Assembly: GCF_902459465.1 (NCBI RefSeq)
Contig: NC_047082.1
Span: 9,796,001-9,860,000 of the forward strand
Direction of reading: 5' to 3'
Origin: Asterias rubens
Taxonomy: Eukaryota
DNA length: 64,000 bases
The notes beneath the pieces are model-generated. The model made no database searches. It was not told where the DNA came from and worked only from the letters and a program-made list of their open reading frames with translations. A program made the position numbers and the translations under genes. Shown here piece by piece: positions 11,498 to 25,400 of the stretch (position 1 is the stretch's first letter; each line of letters opens with the position of its first letter).

Positions 11498-14400
11498 TTA
11501 GACCATGGTATGAGGCGAGTAGTTGGACTTGTAGAGGAAGTCGGAGATGATGTCATACCCTGCGTCCCTGGCAAGTTCCGACGCTGTGGCGCCCTCCTAC
11601 ATGGAAAAATTATAATAGCAATTTCTTAGATAGCGCATTTTACAATTACTGTATCAATGTGCTTTACATTAGTGCCCTGGTCATTGGGCCAATAGCATTC
11701 CTTTAATCTTTCTCAGCTCCCTGGGGAGTACAATATATACAGCCCTGAGCTGCCATGGCACTACAATGGCTTTTTTATCAATATAAACCACAAGGGAAAC
11801 TGACTGGGTAAATTTTGAAATGATTTGGGGGGTTGAACAAAGAATTGACTAGAGTAGGATTCGAACCAACGACCTCCAGATTAACGTGCCGGCGCTCTAC
11901 CAACTGAGCTATCTAGCCCTATGAACCTATAACCTCACAGGTACTCATTTCTACCCCTGGGTGAGGAGAAGCCATTGACCGATGATCATACTTCAACTCG
12001 TAGCTTTACATGTAGGCTTACCTTGTAGGAAAATGCTGACAGCGCATCGGGACCTCACAGTGATATGCGCTGGTTTATAAATATTATTATTATTATTTTT
12101 ACCTTGTTTTTAAGATTGACGTCTGCTCCTGCTTGTATCAACTGCTTGACTACTTTAAGATGACCAAATAATGCTGCTGCGTGTAACGCACTCTCACCAT
12201 TCTGTAGAATGAAACAAAAAATGTGTTTCTTAAAACCCCAAAGAAAAGAAAGACAAAAAAAGCTACTTTTCTTGATCTTATAATTTAATGTATAGGCATG
12301 ACGTACATGTTAGTGGGAATATTTGAGAGAGAACACAGGGGCTGGTCTACATGAGCATATGGTGTTGGCTTTAATAGACTTTTCAGGTTATTTAATTTCG
12401 GTTTTTTTCCCCCACGGGCAAAATCGTAGTTAAGACTAAAGTAGGAAGAGTTTAATGCCCGACATAAAAACATCATCTTCAAAATATAACGGAATACTTA
12501 TATTGCTCACCTCTAGAAGTCCTAATGACGCACCGTGACTAACCAAGTCAGAAACACAGTCGACATGACCCTTATGAGCTGCTTTGAAGAGGGGCGTGGC
12601 ACCGTCCTGTCAATCAAACATGAATACGCATGAATGGTAATTAGAATTCATGAGTTTTTTGTCGTCTTCTTCTCGAGTAAATGTATGTCAAAGCAGACAC
12701 TCTCTTGTCGCCTCATACACATCTATTAGCCCCGGGGTACCATTTGATGGTTTAAAAAGGGGGCAGGTTGTAATGATATGATCTGCTGTTTGCTCCGCTG
12801 CACCACACTCACAAGCTGGACTTGGGAACCAAGCCCCCATCGGAATATGTTGGCTTGACAGACAGTTTAGGATGAATTTGTTGGGTTCTGGATCAATTGT
12901 TGATTTGTTGCTAACAAATTCAACATATTTTTGAATACTTGTGTTATATTTCTATTAGCTATGGCTATTTGTTTTTGATTTGCATTGATGGCTTTCCATA
13001 GTTTTCCAACCTCGGTTGGCAAAAACGGGCTGTGACGTTGCAAAAGAAAGGTTTATAACCAACCCACCCCCAACCCATCTCTCAACCAGTCAATATTTCT
13101 TACCTCCCTTGACGCATCAATGTTAGCACCATGAGCGAGTAACTCCTTAATGATATCTGAATGTCCCATCTGAGAAGCAATCCACAGAGGAGTGGCCTTA
13201 TCCTAAGAAAAATCAAATACAACAAAAACCGAGTTAATTCACAATTAATGGTATTAATCAAGCCTACAGCTTACAGTGCAAGTCACTTTTTTGAGAATCA
13301 CTTTGTTTTACTACAAGAATAATCTTAAAGAAAAAAAAGAAAAATCTTACCAATCTTGGTCGGTTAACATCACCGTCTCTTTCTAGTATAAACTTGAGCA
13401 TGTTGTAGTGACCATTTTGAGACGCGATGAACAAAGAGGTCGCACCATCCTGTGCAAGAGAGAACCCACAAAGAATATAATTTCATTTTGGTTTTACCCA
13501 TCCACCGATACGTACGATAAACACTGCATTCTAAGTGCTTTACGAGGCCCGAGCAGAGCTTAAATTTGTTCTGCTTAGCACAAATAAGCAGGATACCAGT
13601 CACGGATTGGACATGTGATGTAATATTTCGGCTGGTAACCTTACTCTAGAAACATAATTTGGTTGAGCTTAGATACTTTTTTGCTGAAGGAGCTTAGCTA
13701 CTTTTTTTGGCTTACATGCAAGTAGCTCTATGAAATTGGTCCTTGATGGGATTTGAACCTACAACCCTGCATTTTAAAGCAGATGTCAAATTTTGGTCAA
13801 CGCCAAGGCCCACTTCTGTAAGGCTATTAGGCAGAAACAAAAAACTGCTCAGCAATTTTTGTTTTTGAGTGGGGAACCTGTTAAAACAGTGAAACACCAT
13901 ATGGCACTTTGGCTGGTAACCTGTTGCAGCTAAGCAAGGAATTTGTCTTCCGTATCTGAATTGGTTTCTACATCTACGGCTACGGCTGTTGCTAAGGGTG
14001 TTGCTAAGGGCATCCTATACCTCAATGCATGCTGACGCAGAAATCTAGATGTAGCCCCTGATGTAGCCGGCAATTCGGATACGGCTTTACTTACGTTCAT
14101 AGTTCTGTGTATGTTTGCCCCTCTCCCGACTAGTTCCTTGACTACATCCAGGTGATTACACTGGCAAGCGACAAACAGTGGAGTGCCACCATCCTGAAAA
14201 ACATAAAATTATAATAGATGTTAAGTTTGCATCGGGGATACACTGATGTGTGTAAGCACTGTATACTCAGTAATTTCCGGCGAGACCTGTGAAAAAAATC
14301 AGTGATAACTAAATGCATACCTTTCCTTGAATAAATTTACCAATCACAATATGGAACACGAACAAAGTAGTTTGAAAAAAGTTAGTTCCATTGGTGGATG

Positions 14401-17400
14401 GATTTGAGTAGTTTGTTGCGTAACAGCAGAGAAAGAAAAACAAATCTGGTACCTGGCTTGGTAGATCGACTGTTGCTTCCTTTTCAAGTAGCTCCTTGAC
14501 TATTTCTAAGAAACCACCTTGAGCTGCGAAGAAGAGAGCACACGTCCCTGTCTGAAGGAGCATAAGACATAAACAAAGCAAACAACATTAGATCATTGAA
14601 GTCTGGAATGATCTGTAGTATGTGTACAAACAAACTTTGTAACACTCACAAAAGAGGAAAGCTTGAACAAGCTTGAACCGGCTTGAACCGGCTTGAACCG
14701 GCTTGAACCAGCTTGAACCAGCTTGAACCAGCTTGAACCAGCTAGAACCAGCTTGAACCAGCTACAAGTAGAACTGGCTAGAACCTGATCATTTGCAACT
14801 CAAAGTACAGTGCGTCTTCTACAATTTGTCCAGGGGAGCCCATATTCACAAACTTTGTAACACTCACAAGAAGACAAAAGAGGAAAGCTTGAACCAGCTA
14901 GAACCAGCTAGAACCTGATAATGTGCAGCTCTCAATACAGTTTGCCTTCTACACTTTGTCGAGGAGAGGCCATCTTCACAGTGTAAATGTTTCATGAGTT
15001 AAAGTGGACAACTTTTTGGTACAACGACTGCTTTTTGAGAAAAAGGTTTTTTTCAGGGTTATAAGAGGGCGCACTATATTGAGAATTACCCATATTGCTG
15101 TCATTATCAGCCATTTAAACACCCCCACGTGACGCGCTCTCAACCAATAGGAATAGCGAAACTGTCTGAGGTATTTATGAATATTTATTTATTTTTAACA
15201 GACAAAACAACTAAAAGTAATCATTCTCCCTTTACAAATGGTGGAAAAATAAACAGTGTTCAGACAGGAAGCTGTACTGGAAAGCAATGTCATTCTTTAG
15301 GCCTAATAAAAACATGTATCCTGTCCATGGGACATTATGTAAACATACTCAAGTACATTATGGTGTGTTTCCTTAATCGGACTGATGACCTGGGACAACT
15401 TAGACTTGGCAACGAATGCTTCTGTATTTCCTCCGGTTTTTGACTTTGCAACGAATGCTTCTGTATTTCCTCCGGTTTTTACTACAAAACACGCTAACAT
15501 CTTGTTTCCTTGTGTTTATTTAACAGCCATGGCAGTTAGGCTGGCGAATCCATACAAATAATGACCTACCAGGATTTAAAGGTTTTATAGGGCTGAGATT
15601 ATAGGGAGCTTTTGTTTTTGACGGCGGATGGTTCTGCGACAGTAACGTTGACATTTGGCATCATCTACGCATGCATAGACTTTGAGGACGGTCCCTTAAT
15701 TTCTATGACAGAACTTGGGGAATAGATGTGCACTATTTACCTCATTGCCAGTCAATATACATGTATGTATGACTGGTGTCCCGATTATTTTGTTTATGAC
15801 CTTCATTTTAAGTAGACAAGTTAACTGTGCGCTTTTACTTTACTCACAGAATCCTTCAGTAGCCAGGGTATGATTGTATTGAGCTGCTCCAGAACAAAAA
15901 GTAGCTAAGCACAACAAAATTATGCTTAGCAGAATAAGGTTACCAGTGTAAAAATACTACATGTCATTTGTGTACCATTTGTAACCGGTATCCTAGTTAT
16001 TTTGTTTAGAGTTATGGTGATGAAATTAAGTTACTCACATTTCTTCTTTCGTCAACTTGTGCCCCTTGTTCGAGAAGTTCCCTTACACAATGGAGATGAT
16101 TGTTCGCTGCGGCAAGAATTAACGGTGTTGTCCCTTCCTGAAATGAATAATTCAGAATTTACCATAGTCAGAATTTACAGTGATGGCCATTTCTGAAATA
16201 AATAATTCATGAGACAACCATAGAATTAACAGTGATGGCCATTTCTGAAATGAATAATTCAAATGAGACAACCATAGAAATAACAGTGATGGCCGTTTCT
16301 GAAATGAATAATTCATGAGACAACCCTAGAATTAACAGTGATGGTCATTTCTGAAATTTATGAATAATTCATGAGACAACCATAGAATTAACAGTGATGG
16401 TCATTTCAGAAATGAATAATTCATGAGACTACCATAGAATTAAACAGTGTTGTCCCTTCCTGAAATGAATAATTAATGAAACAACCCTAGAATTAACAGT
16501 GATGGTAATTTCTGAAATGAATAATTCAGAGTCCTTTATGAATCATTCATGAGAACTCCTTAAACCGTTACTCATTATGCTCTGAAATGAACACATTCGT
16601 AAACAAAATTGAAATTAGAGAGAGAAAAAACAGCTGCAGGGTATTTCCTGTCCAGAAATTAAGAATTCTCATCTTGAACTGAATAATTGACAAAACAATG
16701 AAATTACTAATTCGCCCATTTCTACCTCCATCTTTTATACGGTGTTATTAAAACGGTGTCAGTTTTTCTACATTAATAATTACCTGGAAGAAACATTCTG
16801 CAAAGGATTCTGTGAGACCTAGATTTTGACAATTTGAAGATACTATCACTTCACGCCGATACGATGACTTGTTTTTAAAGGTTCAGTCGCAAAAAAGCAA
16901 AGCTAACAAACAACTTACAATCACTGGTAAATTAACTGCCAGTACATGTACATTTTGCCTGAATCCTTGACTCTAATCAATAATCCTTACTTAGCTCATT
17001 ACGACCGTGGATAAAAAATTGCACTTGAAGTCAGTGAACTGGTGGTATAATTGATTGATGTCACACTGTTGACTTAAAGGCACTACGATAAGCATAAAAA
17101 CTTACTTGGTAAACGAGCAATGGTGAGCTGTTGGTAGTAAAACATTGTGAGTAACAGCTCCCTCTTAATACGTAGTTTTTGAGTAAGAAATAATTTCTCA
17201 CTCAAATAATAAAAGACTTGAGGCCTTTTATTATGCATCTGAAACTCACAAACTTGTGCAACAAGGGTGTTTTTTTCTTTCATTATTCTCTTGCAGCTTT
17301 AATGACCAACTCAGTACAAATTTTCACAGATTTGCTTTTTTATGCAGCATACAAAATGTTTGGATGCATCAAGTGATAATACTGGTCTTTGACAATTAAC

Positions 17401-20400
17401 AAAGGTGTCCAATACCTTTAATGCTAAAAGCTCATTATTGGCATCCCATCATCTCAATGTCCACCATGAAATAACTTATGTGTGTAGCTCAAGGACTTCT
17501 ACAATGTAATGTTGGTTGACACACGACACTCTAGTGTAATATAATACAAATTAATTTAACAACGTTTAAAGGCAGTGGACACTTGGTAATTACTCAAAAT
17601 AATTATTAGCATAAAACCTTACTTGGTAATGAGAAATAGGGAGAGGTTGATAGTACAAAACATTGTGAGAAACGGCTCCCTCTAGAGTGATGTAGTTTTC
17701 GAGGAAGAAGTAATTTTCCACGAATTTGATTTCGAGACCTCAGACTTAGAATTTGAGGTCTCGAAATCAAGCATCTGAAAGCACACAACGTCGTGTGACA
17801 AGGGTGTTTTTTGTTTCATTATTATCTCGCAACTTCAACGACCAATTGAGCTCAAATTTTCTCAGGTTTGTTATTTTATGCATACATAATGTTGAGATGT
17901 AACACCAAGTATGAAGACTGGTCGTTGACAACTACCAATAGTGTCTAGTCTTACCTTATCTTTGCAATCCACGTGGACCTTGCCTCCATCAAGTGTCCTC
18001 CTGAGGAGAGAAAGATTTCCTTGTAGGGCGGCAAGATGAAGCTGCTGGTCGGACTTACTCTCTTTCTATTTAAAAAAATATATATTTTGTGTGTTTTTAT
18101 TAATCAATATGAATGAGTTTTATAAACAATCCCCCCCCCCTCCTCAAAAATGTATGTAAAAAAAGTTCAAACTGAAAGTTCAAACTAAACTGTCTTCACA
18201 TTGCAAATTCGACAATTTGAAAAGCCTGAATAATGTACCAGGTAATGAAAATATTTACACAAAACAGGGGGCAAAGTTACCCCGAACAAAGATATTGACA
18301 AAATAGGGACGATGCCAATATAGGGCTAGATAGCTCAGTTGCGCCGGCACGTTAATCCGGAGGTCGTTGGTTCGAGTCCCACTCTAGTCAATTCTTTGTT
18401 CAACCCCAAAAATCATTTACAAATTTACCCAGTCAGTTTCCCTTGTGGTTTATATATTGAAATTATAAATCAACTAGGTTTACACAGTGAGAAACTGGGT
18501 ATCTCACCCTACAACACAACTAACTACACAGACAAAATAAAGTATTCACAGATGGTCATAATAATATCACATTTCTCGAAATTCCTGAGAGAATTCTGAA
18601 TGACCTTTTGACACTTGATTGCCAAACCTGGGAAAACTCCAGGGAAAACACACACAATACATGGTTTTAAAGGGAAGGTTATTTATTTGGTAAATCACTC
18701 TTTAAATCAAGAAGCTTACAACAGGTTTCTGTAGTTTAAAGCGATTTCACAAAGATGTATTCCTAACTGAGGACTAGTCCTAGGAGATATTAAAATATTA
18801 AGTTAGGCAAGCACTCAAGATAGGACTACACATAGTCTTAACTCTTTGTCAAATCTACCCAGTGAAGTCTGAAACCATCCCCTTCTAAAGAAAAACATCT
18901 ACACAGGGAGTTGAACGAACTGCCATCACCGATGATGTCATCCCAGCCTGTCTGTCTGTTGATGTTTTCACTGAGGGTTGTTTTCGCTCAGTGGGTAGCA
19001 TCTTGTTATGTTTGGAATGCAGGAAGACTGTCTCTGCTATCTCATAAGGAAGGGATGGTCAGCCGAGCTGATATGACAACACACATAAGCCTTTCTGTAT
19101 GAAAGGGCTCTTCCATGGGAAAACAGCATCTCGAGAGTTTTTTTTAATACAGTAGGCCTAACTTTAAGAGGGATTTTAACTGTGGCTATGCCGAGGTGTA
19201 GAACAAAGAGCTACTCCAGTAGCTTTTTCCCTCGTACTGTAACTCTTTGGAACTCCTTGCCTGGTGCATGTTTCCCTTCATCCTATATGATATTCAATCT
19301 TTTAAGAGGCATATCAATTCCTACCTTCAGCTCCACTGAGTTACTACAATTCTATGTTTTCTTCCTTGTAGCCCTTTACCTAGAGTGGCTTTTAGCCTTG
19401 TTTTGGGCGAACTTGCATTACAAAAAAATATTTAAAAAATGAGCTTTTCCTATTTCAAAGTTTCAAAAGCATTTTATGGATGTGAATGTACTATCTCGAC
19501 CTCTTTTACACTTTCGTCATAAATAACAACTTTTTTATAAATCTATGTTGCTTTTCTAAAAAGGATTTGTTTTTATTAATTTTTGGTGTTACCCATATAC
19601 ACCGATGTGTGTAGCACTGTATACTCAGTACTAAAAAAAAAAATTAATATTCTTTATCCCGATGCAAATTTAACATCTATTAGATTTGTTTTTAGTACGG
19701 CTGTTTTGCTATGGAAGTCCACAATATGGTTTATGTACCACATGTTATACAAAGATCATAGGATCCGGCTCTTGTCTGATTTTGCCATGGTTGCTCCGCC
19801 AACAATACTATCAATTTTAAATGTTAATTATTGCATCGGGGATAAATAAACTGTTTTTTTGCCCTTACAATAATGTGTACACAACGTAAGATTGATCATC
19901 ATTATCATTTGCTACTATTGCGTGCCAAGACTCTTCAATTGTCAACATGTTTTAATCATTTGATGACAAACTGTGACTCTACCCTTGCGTGAAATTACCT
20001 GCGTGAAATTACATTTCCAAATGGCTCTCCAAATAATACAAAGGCCACAATATAAGCTGGTTTCAACAACAAAAATTAACATCATGGTGTATTTATTTTC
20101 TAATAAAATAAATATATTGTTTGACTCATGCAACCCCAGCATCAAAATAAATGCATTGTTTTCTTATTTAAAAAAATGTCTCATTTGTAAACCAAAACAA
20201 CATGGTAACCCCATAGTTGCGATATAGTAACCCGTCACCTGTCGGCCAAGAGGCCCATAACGTAACCCTCCTCCTACGTTATCGCAACTAGCAACCCCAA
20301 TGTTATTATATATGCCTAAACTCTGAACTAAGCTTGGGCGATATCGATTTATTTTATTCACGATATATCGCCGACAATATATCACGATATTCGATATAAT

Positions 20401-22061
20401 CGCGATTTATTAGATTTGACATCATCAGTCTTTAAACTCCAAGTGAAAGTTGTAGAAGAGACAGTCATAGCATAACAGAGGTGTTCTGATGACCTATTCT
20501 TCTGGTTTTACTCCAAACCTATGGGGTGCAAGATGTCTCAGCTAGGAAATACATCGTGATATTGCGATATTTAATCAATATCGCGATATATCGCGATATA
20601 TAAACATTTCGATTAAAACCAAATCGATCCGATATCGAAATCGTTTCCAAATTCATATCGCGATATTCGATAATATCATGATATCGTCCAAGCTTACTCT
20701 GAACATTGAAAACGATGAAGAAAATGGAGTCATTTTACATTCTTTTTAAGAGTTGGCAGCAAGTGTGCAGTAACACAGCAGTTTGGAAACAAGGAAATTT
20801 AATGTTTGAGAGTAAAGAAATTAAAAGCTTCTGATCAGACTGCTGGAAAAAAAATCTTTTAAATAACTTTTTTTCTTAAATGTATATTTTATAAGGAATG
20901 GAGATTGGAGAATATTGCCAGTTTGTTGTCCTTAAAAAAAAATTGAAATAATTTGAAATGCAGGGACTTTATTCAATTCCATTCCAGTCCTCCTTTAGAA
21001 TCTATTATTAATGAACCCAAAATTTAGACCGACCTATTTTACATTTTTTAAATGACATGATATTGAAAAGATGTAAATTCAAAAGTATTGGCGCCCTATC
21101 ATAAATCATGTGTAGTTTTATTTAGGTTTAAAATGACAAATAAAGCAAGGTAAATGGAGATTTTTATTTTCAACTGTGTAGTCAGTAGGGGCCTACATGA
21201 AAAAAAACTTGGGATATCGGGAGGTATTTTTTAAATAAATATTTATTTTTAGTATCGTAAACATGAGACCGCTTTTCTGACAACAGTCTAAAGATGAAAG
21301 AACAACCTGTGTTTATACTTCAGTCAGCAACCACATTTTGTAAAAGTTCAATATTTTGAATTACCGAACTGAAGACATTTGTCCATTTGTGTAACAGATA
21401 TTTGGGAAACTGTCATTCGATAAAATGTAATTTAAAATGAACAATAATTATTTATACAAATTTTAATATCTTGAATTGTCAAAAGTTAAACAAAAACAAT
21501 AATTAATTCACTCAACAAAATATTATTATCAATGATCATAAATTATTCAAAGTCTTCCTTATAATATTTTATAAATAATTCAGAATCTATACACGCTCAT
21601 AAACTGAAAAAGAGTATTTTCCAAAATGCATTAACTAGTTTCCAATCATCGGACAATCATCAAATGCAAAGTGCTTGTCATTAAAATGTGTGGGGTTTTT
21701 TTTTTGTATGAAACCTTACTTTATTACAAAACACAATTCAAGATTACAAACTTCCTGCTGTGAAAAATTGCAGAAGGAAACTGGTATGTAAACATAACCC
21801 AAATTTATTCCAGGTCAGCAATGTTCAAGGTCCTAAGCCTAGTCAATAGGAGCATAAAATATTCCCGGGGCCCACCCAGTCGAGAGAGAATTCTGCACGG
21901 GTAGAGGAGACACAATCGACCCACGACCGTTCATCATCAACATGCATCAAATTTTTGTTATGAATGATGATTGATTCACGAAGACACGATGAAAACAATC
22001 ACATTTCCTCCCGCAAATATTTAACAACAGCCGAGTCAGTTATACTCACTTTAGCCGACAT
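11498..22061 (-). CDS. ANKRD29: Ankyrin repeat domain-containing protein 29-like, 10 coding exons, about 303 aa
   Basis: Exons (minus): 22050-22061 (MSAK), 17955-18065, 16039-16137, 14453-14551, 14095-14193, 13351-13449, 13104-13202, 12511-12606, 12103-12201, 11498-11596. All introns are GT-AG and phase 0. Most exons are 99 or 96 nt and encode one ankyrin repeat (GTTPLILAAANNH, GTCALFFAAQGG, DKATPLWIASQMGH, DGATPLFKAAHKGH, NGESALHAAALFGH). Repeat order and exon sizes match ANKRD29 as I recall it. Confidence 0.9.
11781..11921 (-). mobile_element. tRNA(Asn-like)-derived SINE nested in another SINE (about 11615-11990)
   Basis: Head gctagatagctcagttggtagagcgccggcacGTTaatctggaggtcgttggttcgaatcc has A/B boxes and a defective anticodon stem-loop. 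The same tail occurs at 18322-18460 (+) and 53420-53550. Confidence 0.75.
12690..12855 (-). mobile_element. 3'-terminal relic of a non-LTR retrotransposon ORF2 (CCHC domain)
   Basis: RWGLGSQ /frameshift/ PACECGAAEQTADHIITTCPLFKPSNGTPGLIDVYEATRECLL* is a CxC..H..C zinc-knuckle C-terminus of the I/Ingi-group type. Confidence 0.65.
14630..14990. repeat. (GCTTGAACCR)n 10-bp array inside an approximately 220-bp tandem duplication
   Basis: About 11 units at 14660-14785 and about 3 units in the second copy at 14885-14915. The flanks (caaactttgtaacactcacaa..gaggaaa) are duplicated. Confidence 0.85.
16115..16530. repeat. Approximately 52-bp minisatellite (about 7.5 copies) overlapping the ANKRD29 exon-3 acceptor
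   Basis: Unit gaattaacagtgatggccatttctgaaatgaataattcatgagacaaccata. Confidence 0.9.
19175..19432 (+). mobile_element. 5'-truncated CR1/Jockey-group LINE 3' end
   Basis: PRCRTKSYSSSFFPRTVTLWNSLPGACFPSSY /2-nt frameshift/ DIQSFKRHINSYLQLH*, followed by a short 3' UTR and an A-rich tail. Confidence 0.75.
20329..20696. mobile_element. hAT-like MITE with an 8-bp target site duplication
   Basis: TIR TAAGCTTGG(G/A)CGATATC; TSD CTCTGAAC at 20321-20328 and 20697-20704; many subterminal CGATAT motifs. Confidence 0.8.
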
Positions 22062-22479
22062 TTCTAAAGCTGTATTTTATTTCAGTCAAGAGGAAGATCG
22101 GAATCTTCGGCAAATTCACAATTCTGGAAAGTTTATCCTTTGCACTGGTCTGGTTCAGGTTTCTGGAGAATTTGACTTCTAAACCTATTCAGTTTCGGTG
22201 ACATGCAATGAATGCACGGTGGATGAAATTTAGACTTGTCAATAAGTCGTTGAAAAATTGTTGTCATTCAATACCGTGTGAGGAGCGCGCTCCTTGCGAT
22301 TTGAAACATACAAAGACTTGCAATATTAATCAAGTCTATTCCATCTGAGGGCCCACAATGCAGCAGCCAAAATGGACGTTGGACACGGTGTCTTGTTGTA
22401 CAATTCGCAGATAAATTGGCGAAAATATGGCCTTTGCATAGTTTTCTTCAGAATGTAAGCTTGTAACGAACTTGTCAAC
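22062..22479. promoter_or_regulatory. Probable bidirectional promoter between ANKRD29-like and HBS1L
   Basis: The start codons are divergent and 418 bp apart. The interval is CpG-containing and repeat-free, with a perfect palindrome AGGAGCGCGCTCCT at 22281-22294. Confidence 0.65.
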
Positions 22480-25400
22480 ATGTCAAGACATAGGAACGTG
22501 AGGGGGATGGACTATGGGGATGGTAAGTCTGATTTAATCACTCGTCAAAGTTAACGTAACGCCTTACAATTATTGCAGCAGCGCGCGCCCAGGCCATGCC
22601 AGCAGGTTGAACAGGCGCCGCCGCCCGTCATGCCCGTACGTTACACACACTTTACTGCGTATGAGTAAACTCGGTCCCAAGTCAACTCGGTCCCAGTCAA
22701 CTCGGTCCCAAGTCAACTCGGTCCCAAGTCAACTCGGTCCCAAGTCAACTCGGTCCCAAGTCAACTCGGTCCCAAGTCAACTAGGTCCGTATGGTTGACG
22801 GGAAGTAATTGTATGTTTTAAAAAAAATAACTATTAATCATTAATGTCCTTTGACTTTGTACATGAAACGGGATAAGTGTGCACCAATGTTCGGGTATAA
22901 TAATATTCCATGCCTTCAATTGCGACCCATTTGTTTCTATATGCAACATTCACTTTTGAAAATTACCGATTGTGTTGGCCAAAAAAAAATAAATGTCTTC
23001 AAATGTCTCTGCTTTCAACCAGAGTATAGTATTGTTTTCTGTATGGCTCTCAATAATTCATTAATTGACAAACATTAATAATTGAATCCTCTTTGATTTC
23101 TTTTCGAGTAACTTACATTTAAAATTAAATAATATAAAAACAGTATGAATTACATCATTATTAAAAACTAAAAGAAAGGAAATTAATGTTTGATTAAATT
23201 ATAAAGAAAACTTTCAAGTTAACTTATAATAATAATAAATAAGATCCAAAATCTACTAATTAATAATAATAATAATAATAATAATAAACAAGACTTATAA
23301 AGCGCATTTTTACAAGATACAAATAAAAAACTAAAACTATATTAATTTAAGGAAATTAATGTTTGCTCGAAAATAAATTGTCAAATAACTTGGGTTAATT
23401 GCGGTCCCTCCCGCCCTCCCTCCCGCCCGTGCAAGCTTCCCTGTCTTGGGACCGAGTTGACTTGGGACCGAGTTGACTTGGGACCGAGTTGGCTTGGGAC
23501 CGAGTTGACTGGGACCGAGTTGGCTTGGGACCGAGTTGACCGGTACCCACTTTACTAGCATATTCCTTGTTTCCTGAGCTACACACAAAGTTTGTGGAGA
23601 ATTGTTGAGTTTTATCTTTCTTCATTCTTTGGTTGGACGTAGGCCTACACACACACACACACACACATGTTGGTAGTTGCGATAACGTAATTTGTAAATG
23701 TAAAGACATAATCATAATGATTCACTGGAAATTGAGGATAACTTTCCGTATGGCGCCACCATTTTTTCACTCATTTTTACAAAAAGGGATATCTCATACT
23801 CCATAGTCATTTAGACTGGGTCCCAGTCTTTGGAAAATCATATCTTTGCAGCTTGTTTATCATTGTTAATTCCTTTCATGTGCGCTATGATTTTGATTAA
23901 AGAGCACCTTGATGAAATTGTAGTTATGTTATGACATTGATTGATTGAACTATGATATTTGTATTATTGATGAACTCCATCGTTGACTGCACGTGATTAC
24001 ATTGCAGATTATGAAGGCTATGATGATGTTTATGGTCACTCAGTGGAAGAAGATTATGGTGTCTCTCCATCAACAGGTATGTATGTCCAGCTAGGACCGG
24101 ACTGGGCCCAATTTCATTAGAGCTACTTAAGCAGAACATTTTGCTTACTGCTTAGCAAAAATAAGCAGTTCAACACGCGGTTTTGTTTGGACGGGCGGGG
24201 TGCCCTTCCAAAATTCTCAAAATACCAAATGCGCCCGTTCAAAAATGTAGCGCCCGGACAAAATCGTCCAGCACCTAGGCAAAATCGTCAGTGCCGGAAC
24301 AAAAAAATCTTGAAAATTACTTTCGACGAACACAGCAACGTTTCAGTGCCTAGTGTCTATAAAAAATATACTACAACACATGTACAACTTTTTAAATATT
24401 ATCAATGGCTATACATCCTATCAAAAGGACAAAGCAAATGTTGTGCTGAAAAAGACACAAGTATCATGACCGAGACCCGAACACACACTCTGCTGATCAG
24501 AAACACCAGAGCTTGATTCTGGTGCTCTTATCCGCTCGGCCACGACTCGCCTCAAAATAAAGAATGGTAATATTTCTTGAAAACCATCGTTCAAGCCACC
24601 TGCTTGTTTCTCTCTACAGCTGAGCAGTTCATTTTCCATCGCAGCCTTCAGCATCACCAGCTAGCATCTTTTCTTGAAGAAGGGGAAGAGGATTTACAAC
24701 AAGCTGAGGGGGATCAAACAAGAAGGGACTCTGACCAACCTCTGAACGACTCCAGGAACTTCAAGAAGCCAGAGCTCTCAGATATTGAAGAAGGTAGGAT
24801 CATGCGTAGTGATTTCCATGTAAGTGCTTTTGACAGTGGATTTTTTCCCCATGTTAAGGTATAGCAAAATGCTACACAAAGTGTTCCATTTGTATTTAAA
24901 GGCAGTGGACACCAGTGGCAATTACTCAAAATAATTTTTGGCATAAAACCGAACTTGGTAACGAGTAATGGGGAGAGGTTGGTAGTATGAAACATTGTGA
25001 GAAACGGCTCCCTCTGAAGTGCCATATTTTTCGAGAAAGAAGTAATTTCCCACAAATTCGATTTCGAGACCTCAAGTTTAGAATTTGAGGTCTCGAAATC
25101 AAGCATCTGAAAGCACACAACTTCGTGTGACAAGGGTGTTGTTTTTTTCTTTTATAGTTATCTCGCAACTCCGACGACCAATCAAGCTCAAATTTTCACA
25201 GGTTTGTTATTTTATGCATATGTTGAGATACAGCAAGTAAGAAGACTGGTCTTTGACATTTACCAATAGTGTCCACTGGCTTTAAAAGTCATCGTTTGCT
25301 ACTTGGTCATTAGTATTCAGTGTGCAGTAAAGAAATGTTTAGTTAAAATGCAAATTTGGTCGGCAAAATTGTTCCTGGTTTTATATGAAACTTCTTATAA

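Noticed and set aside
11850-11921. tRNA-Asn(GTT)-like cloverleaf (also at 18322-18390) and other GGTTCGAATCC-containing tRNA-like heads
   Set aside because: The anticodon arm is defective (C at position 33, mismatched stem) and each head is attached to a shared repeat tail, so these are SINE heads, not tRNA genes.
22668-23543. Regular 16-bp repeats as a CRISPR-like array, and the [13 protein letters not shown] ORFs
   Set aside because: There are no unique spacers or cas genes and the context is eukaryotic. They are the arms of a foldback element.
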